Assembly (NCBI GenBank): GCA_048938445.1
Contig: JBHLME010000131.1
Coordinates: forward strand, 1 to 12,470
Length of the DNA: 12,470 bases
Reading direction: 5' to 3'
Origin: Promethearchaeota archaeon
Lineage (GTDB): Archaea > Asgardarchaeota > Lokiarchaeia > Sigyniarchaeales > SOKP01
Shown here: in pieces, positions 8,801 through 12,470 of the stretch
Layout of the letters: each line of letters begins with the position of its first letter
Position numbering within the stretch: position 1 is the first letter of the stretch
Position numbers and translations under genes: made by a program
The notes under the pieces: generated by a model
Told to the model about the DNA's origin: nothing
The model's database searches: none
What the model saw: the letters and a program-made list of their open reading frames with translations, nothing else

Positions 8801-9350
8801 CTATCACTTCATCTTTATCATCCCAGTTTATTGCACCAGCTTCACATTCTTTCTCACATAATTTACAAGCATTCTTGGTAAGATAAAGGCATTTTTCAGC
8901 ATCTATAACTGCTTTTCTTGGAACTGCTTGAGGAAATGGAATATATATTGCTTGTCGATTACCCATGCCTTCTTCAAATTCATTAGGGATTTTCTTCATT
9001 GGACATTTTTCACTACAAGCACCACACCCAGTACAAGCATCCCAATTAACATATTTTGCTTTTTTCCTAATTTTAACCTTGAAATCTCCTGCCTTTCCCT
9101 TGACTTCTTGTACTTCAGAATAAGCAAGAAGTTCAATGTTAGGATGTCTACTTGATTCTACCATCTTTGGTGCTAAAATACAAATAGAACAGTCTAAAGT
9201 AGGAAATGTCTTGTCTAATTGTGCCATTCTCCCTCCTACCGAAGAAGTTTGTTCAACAAGTATGACTCGGTATCCCTGATCCGCTAAAGTGAGACTAGCT
9301 TCAATACCGCTAATCCCCCCCCCAATTACCATTATATTACTACTTGTCAT
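5871..9350 (-). CDS. hdrA: Heterodisulfide reductase subunit A-like polyprotein: two tandem HdrA FAD modules plus C-terminal ferredoxin and a fused MvhD [2Fe-2S] domain
   Basis: Module 1: GGGISG, GGRMAQLDKTFPTLDCSIC, inserted ferredoxin, CVGSR..YCSKFCC. Module 2 from about aa 452: RIGVFICRCG, AACTP, GGGITG, CVGSR..YCSLICC, CIACQECEKVC/CKGCGDCAAACP. MvhD from about aa 1018: FLCNWCSYAGAD, RVMCTGR, GCHIGDCHY. Confidence 0.95.
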   Translation of the reverse strand: MTSSNIMVIGGGISGIEASLTLADQGYRVILVEQTSSVGGRMAQLDKTFPTLDCSICILAPKMVESSRHPNIELLAYSEVQEVKGKAGDFKVKIRKKAKYVNWDACTGCGACSEKCPMKKIPNEFEEGMGNRQAIYIPFPQAVPRKAVIDAEKCLYLTKNACKLCEKECEAGAINWDDKDEVIEYDIASIIVATGFDQLDASLLDRYHYGEYPNVITAMQYERLLSASGPTGGELLRPSDGEHAHNIAFISCVGSRNEDLCAYCSKFCCMYQTKEGVITREHAPDTSVTIFFNDIRVIGKNQEEFIERAKEEYGLTYYRGIPGDIRENTENKNLFVKHANLDTGDVEVSEFDLVVLANAVTPRKDADKLAKILNIETNELGFFKTKDSTEDLRSTQEGIYVSGSCQSPDDIANSVAKAGGAAALAATHAVPLSDEETKVELPPLKIVNPLDEPRIGVFICRCGINIAGYMDVPELVEYSKTLPNVVYSMENKYSCSQLTQDIIKEKIEELDLNRIVVAACTPRTHEPLFQKTIREAGLNEYLFNFVSIRELDSWVHMHDNKRATDKAKDLIRMGVARVQYQKPEIKIKGNVVPEALVIGGGITGISSAIEIANKGFKVHLVENKDKLGGQLNLIYKINFDKIDSKQFLEEKINEFNAHKNIVTYLNSEVVDVKGSIGDFKIKVKNKEKDIDLNVGVIVVATGAYEYKPEGWYYYGEKGMSDKVMTQLEFSEKLRDNKLKDGETLVFIHCVGSRQPEGGNGFTYCSLICCSESIRHALYVKENYPNSNIFVLYRDIRVGADEEQYYWKARENVNYIRFNEYPKVEKKNGKLSVKVTDILTQVDLTIDADKVVLSTPLVPHDTKLLGELIKCARDQKGFFLEAHVKLRPVDFATDGIYLAGTCHGPKGIADSISQARGAAAHALIPLISGEVENEPLVSVVNPALCIACQECEKVCNFGAIGVNFDNEVLVSESNPLLCKGCGDCAAACPAGAITMSHFADEQIYPMIAEAVKGDYVDERPRIVAFLCNWCSYAGADTCGVSRFQYPTNIRPIRVMCTGRIPKSFILQAFLEGADGVFIGGCHIGDCHYLEGNYDMLNRYNELKDILHKVGINPERYRLEWVSASEGKRFSQVVTEFVEKVKELGPRTKKGDKIIKAKEVA
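5877..5883 (-). promoter_or_regulatory. Shine-Dalgarno site for hdrC
   Basis: GGAGGTG 8 nt upstream of ATG 5868, encoded by the final K-E-V codons of hdrA. Confidence 0.75.
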
Positions 9351-9826
9351 TTTTTTTCCTTTTTTTTATTATATATTGGATTCATTTTTTCGTAATTTTT
9401 AAAAAACAAAAACTATTCAAATAAATGGTTTATGATTTTAAAAATTAAACAATTTTTTTAGTATATTTACGACTTTTTACCTTAAAAATGTTATCACTTT
9501 TTATCATTTTCAGTCATTAGTGATCCAAATTTATCAATAAATGTTAATATTTGATCATACACTTTGCTCTCAATTCTCAAATAACGAAATTTCAGAGTAA
9601 TTTTTCCGTCAAAAAAAAATCATTAGAAAAAAAAATAGTCAATTCTCCTTATAAATATTTTTATCTTTCGCTTAAAAAATTATATCATAATAATAAATTG
9701 TTTTTATATTTGGTATTCGTTTATATTAATCATCTCTTGTCATATCAATTTTTAAATTGTTCTAAATATTTATTAATAAGTTTAGTCAATATGGAATTAA
9801 TAACTAATGAATTTAGATGTTAAAAT
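9351..9826. promoter_or_regulatory. Divergent AT-rich intergenic region carrying the promoters of the hdr-met cluster (-) and the GTPase gene (+)
   Basis: 476 nt between divergent start codons at 9350 and 9827. Very AT-rich with several TATA-like octamers; individual boxes cannot be assigned. Confidence 0.7.
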
Positions 9827-10507
9827 ATGAAAATTGTAGTAACTGGTGCACTTCATTCGGGTAAATCTAGCTATGTAAAATATTTTGATACAAAAGCAAT
9901 GAATATTGAAGCGGCTGGAAGTGATAAGAAGTTCTATACCGTAGGAATGGATTTAGCCACTTTTCAAATAGAAGCCTTTAAAATATTCTTATTTGGAACT
10001 CCTGGATTACTAAGAATGCAAATAATGAGAGACGTCATTGCTGATGGGGCAGATGGTGTGATTTTTTTACTTGATTCAACTCGTCCTGAAAGTGATGAAG
10101 ATGCAATGCTGATACTACATTCTTTAAAAGAACACATCCCTCCGGATATTCCTATTATTTTTTGTGCTAATAAACAAGATGAACAATCTGCTCGCTCTTC
10201 TGAACAAGTTAAAGCTCAAAATCAGCTCCCTGATAATGCAAAAATATTTCCTATTAGCGTTAAGAACAGATTAAATATGAATGAATCACTCAAGTATATA
10301 GTAAATCTTGTTTTTGAGAAATATGAAGATATTCTTGAAATTCTTCGCAAATATGAAGATGATCTTGAGGGATTAGGAAAACAATTAAACATGAATACTG
10401 AAGAATTACAAGAATACCTTCGTTCTCTTGAGATAAAGAGATTTATTACTATTGATAGAGAAAATAAAACTATCGAGGTCATAGAAGGATTAAAAAAACT
10501 AATTTAA
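9827..10507 (+). CDS. Small Ras-superfamily GTPase (MglA/CvnD-like G3) with probable C-terminal winged-helix extension
   Basis: G1 GALHSGKS, G2 TVGMD, G3 FGTPG, G4 NKQD, G5 ISVK. The last ~60 aa (LEGLGKQLNMNTEELQEYLRSLEIKRFITIDRENKTIEV) have an HTH plus beta-hairpin pattern. Confidence 0.88.
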   Translation: MKIVVTGALHSGKSSYVKYFDTKAMNIEAAGSDKKFYTVGMDLATFQIEAFKIFLFGTPGLLRMQIMRDVIADGADGVIFLLDSTRPESDEDAMLILHSLKEHIPPDIPIIFCANKQDEQSARSSEQVKAQNQLPDNAKIFPISVKNRLNMNESLKYIVNLVFEKYEDILEILRKYEDDLEGLGKQLNMNTEELQEYLRSLEIKRFITIDRENKTIEVIEGLKKLI

Positions 10508-10630
10508 TACTTTTTGATAATGAAGAAATCTTACCTTGTTTATCTTCTTGAATATAAAATATACCATTCATTTATAGCGATATAACACTCATTGATAAAT
10601 ATAAAAAACTATTTTTTATTATTTATTATA

Positions 10631-11680
10631 ATGTCAACAAGATCCGAGGATACATTAATCTTTTATGCTCTCACACCAGGACATTACCAACCTGATGAGA
10701 TGAGAATCATTTATGACTCATTAAAGGAATTTTGTGATAAAAAGAAGAATATTGATAACAGCGACAGGTTCAACATTGTTTTATTTCAAGAAGATGGCCC
10801 AAATTATTTAGAAGATTTTACTCTTAATCCAGAAAACATTCTTATTGCGTTGGAATCCTTGGAACCTATGATTGTGAGAGCTAACATGTCTGGAGGTATT
10901 ATGGTCTCAGCTACATTCATTATAGATGTCTTTAAAAAAATCCCAAACAAGTGCTTTCGAATGATAATTTTAACAGATAATTATACCCACGAGATCCCTG
11001 ATATATATATACCGGTTTTAGATAATATTCTCGAAAAAATTAAAGATATGCCTTTAATTGTAGACATACTCAGAATTAATGTTAATAACTATGAAGAAGA
11101 TCTTAAGTTATCAGAATTAATTAAAAAGACTCGAGGAAAACTTCATGAAGTTCAAAATTTAAATGAATTATCTCTGATTCTTGATCTTTTGGCTGAAAAA
11201 AAAACTTTTTCTACTTATTCGTTATCAGATGACATGTATCCCGATGAAATACCTATTGAAAACCACTTATTTTATAAAAATTTAGCAGATGATCCGATCT
11301 TAAAAATAGATAAACAGACCTGTTCAATCTGCTTTAAAAAAGATAATAATGCAATTGTCCAATGTCCGAATTGCGAAACAACTTCACATAAAATATGTTG
11401 GGCATTATGGTCTAAAAATAGCAATATAGGGATATTTAACATCTTTCGATGCCATACATGTTTTCACCTACTCAAGCTTGATGATGATTTCGTTTACATG
11501 GTCCATACAGGACAATTAAAAGCAATAGAAGAAATCAAAGTTGATGTAATGGATTTACATGAATTTGAAGAGAGTATAGAAGCAGAAGATGGTCCAAAAA
11601 TCATTGCCGTGGAAGATCCGATGGCAATGTTATTTGATAAGAATGATGATGATATAAGAATCATTGATGATGAAAATTGA
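10631..11680 (+). CDS. vWA-like domain protein with C4HC3 (RING/PHD-like) zinc finger and acidic tail
   Basis: vWA-like strands DRFNIVLF, RMIILTD and IVDILRI; finger C-x2-C-x10-C-x2-C-x4-H-x2-C-x17-C-x2-C at 11321-11461. Start revised from TTG 10592 to ATG 10631 (MSTRSEDT): the extra 13 codons are AT-only-looking sequence containing a TATA-like element at about 10595-10607. Confidence 0.78.
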   Translation: MSTRSEDTLIFYALTPGHYQPDEMRIIYDSLKEFCDKKKNIDNSDRFNIVLFQEDGPNYLEDFTLNPENILIALESLEPMIVRANMSGGIMVSATFIIDVFKKIPNKCFRMIILTDNYTHEIPDIYIPVLDNILEKIKDMPLIVDILRINVNNYEEDLKLSELIKKTRGKLHEVQNLNELSLILDLLAEKKTFSTYSLSDDMYPDEIPIENHLFYKNLADDPILKIDKQTCSICFKKDNNAIVQCPNCETTSHKICWALWSKNSNIGIFNIFRCHTCFHLLKLDDDFVYMVHTGQLKAIEEIKVDVMDLHEFEESIEAEDGPKIIAVEDPMAMLFDKNDDDIRIIDDEN

Positions 11681-11718
11681 TTATATGATTTTTACTTGAT
11701 ATTGATTGTTGGTGTAAA

Positions 11719-11726
11719 TTTATAAA
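11719..11726 (+). promoter_or_regulatory. Candidate TATA box for the Roadblock-GTPase gene
   Basis: TTTATAAA about 68 nt upstream of the proposed TTG start at 11794. Confidence 0.35.
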
Positions 11727-11793
11727 TTAGAGTAATAAAATTATTTTATTAACTCAAAAAAATAGAAACTCTAAAAAAAAAGGTAATTGTTTT

Positions 11794-12470
11794 TTGACTT
11801 ATTTCGATAAAAAAAAGCTTCAAGCCCTTTTGAAATGGTATAAACAAGAGGTAGGAATAGATCTCATTGCAGTTCTAGTTGTTGATAGGACTGGTTTAGT
11901 TGTCGATTTTTTAACTAAAATTCCCGAAAAAGCAGATGAAAAAAAATTTATTGGAGCATTTAGCGCATTAGCTGATCTAATTCTTAAAAAAATAACATCA
12001 GATTATGATTTAGGAACTTTTGGAGCGGGAACTTTTGACACTGATCAGTATCGATTTATATTTTGCGAAGCTGGACCTGAATTTGTGTTTGTAACTGTGT
12101 TAAATGCACTTTCTACAATTGATCCATACTTCCCCTATGCGTTTATAGGGGCTGAGAAAATAGCTCGTATTTTTGATGGGCGTCCTGTAAGTCCCGTAAT
12201 CCCAAAAATTAAGACAGATTATGGAATAAAAAAAATGCATAGAAAAATTGACATGCTCCAAAAAGTAAAGTTTGTTTCTGACGATTATCTATGTAAACTC
12301 AGTTTTATAGGAGATAATGGTGTAGGAAAGACCAGTATCGTCCAACGTTATGTGAACAATATTTTCCACTTGGATTACCGTGCAACGATAGGAGCTTTCA
12401 TTACGAAGAAGATATGTAAATTTGAAGGACTTGCTGATACCCAAGTGCGTTTCGTGATTTGGGATATTGC
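11794..12470 (+). CDS. Roadblock/LAMTOR-like domain fused to a Rab-like small GTPase; partial, runs off the window
   Basis: Not in the ORF track. The frame is open from 11731 to the window end; likely TTG start at 11794 with AGGT at 11781-11784. Translation: MTYFDKKKLQALLKWYKQEVGIDLIAVLVVDRTGLVVDF..FIGAFSALADLILKKI..RFIFCEAGPEFVFVTV (Roadblock pattern), then YLCKLSFIGDNGVGKTSIVQRYVNNIFHLDYRATIGAFI..VRFVIWDI (G1, G2 and start of G3). Confidence 0.9.
   Translation, partial: MTYFDKKKLQALLKWYKQEVGIDLIAVLVVDRTGLVVDFLTKIPEKADEKKFIGAFSALADLILKKITSDYDLGTFGAGTFDTDQYRFIFCEAGPEFVFVTVLNALSTIDPYFPYAFIGAEKIARIFDGRPVSPVIPKIKTDYGIKKMHRKIDMLQKVKFVSDDYLCKLSFIGDNGVGKTSIVQRYVNNIFHLDYRATIGAFITKKICKFEGLADTQVRFVIWDI

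Noticed and set aside
3245-9155. Eleven short + strand ORFs (3245-3442, 3562-3750, 3983-4216, 4540-4770, 5083-5361, 7173-7454, 7494-7700, 7860-8057, 8167-8400, 8928-9155 and similar)
   Set aside because: All are antisense shadows of well-supported met/hdr genes and show no recognisable motifs.
5871-9350. Selenocysteine recoding in HdrA/MvhD (known selenoprotein families in some archaea)
   Set aside because: No in-frame TGA; the relevant motifs (DCSIC, CNWC, GCHIGDC) all use Cys codons.
4454-9350. Reading hdrABC-mvhD as evidence of methanogenesis
   Set aside because: No mcr or mtr genes in the window; the linkage to metVF and the divergent HdrB point to a non-methanogenic role.
9564-9600. 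Weak hairpin TTGCTCT...AGAGTAA in the intergenic region (possible ncRNA or riboswitch)
   Set aside because: Only about 7 bp including a G-U pair in AT-rich sequence, and no resemblance to SAM or THF riboswitch consensus that I can see.
9551-9823. 90-aa ORF in the divergent intergenic region
   Set aside because: TTG start, composition dominated by AT-rich codons (K, N, F, L, Y, I), no motif; it occupies the expected promoter region.
10222-10482. 86-aa - strand ORF
   Set aside because: Antisense to the GTPase gene, with no motifs.
12013-12037. Direct repeat GGAACTTTTG x2
   Set aside because: In-frame coding repeat (GTFGAGTFD) with only two copies; not CRISPR-like or mobile-element-like.

Overview
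AT-rich window that most likely comes from an Asgard archaeon (Lokiarchaeia-like). This is inferred from a Roadblock/Rab-like GTPase fusion, a second small GTPase, a vWA-zinc-finger protein, an Lrp regulator and archaeal-type BRE/TATA elements; it was not checked against any database. There are three blocks. (1) Left, + strand: the 3' end of a CCG-domain Fe-S protein, then a PlsY acyltransferase fused to a CTP-dependent polyprenol/diacylglycerol-kinase-like domain. (2) Middle, - strand: a tightly packed hdrA(x2)-mvhD / hdrC / hdrB / metV / metF cluster resembling the Hdr-linked methylene-THF reductase of acetogenic bacteria, followed by an Lrp/AsnC regulator and a SpoIIAA-like protein. (3) Right, + strand, divergent: an MglA/CvnD-like GTPase with a natural Gln-to-Leu change in G3 and a probable C-terminal winged helix, a MIDAS-less vWA protein with a C4HC3 finger, and a truncated Roadblock-Rab-like fusion that the ORF track missed. 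I saw no rRNA, tRNA, CRISPR array or mobile element.
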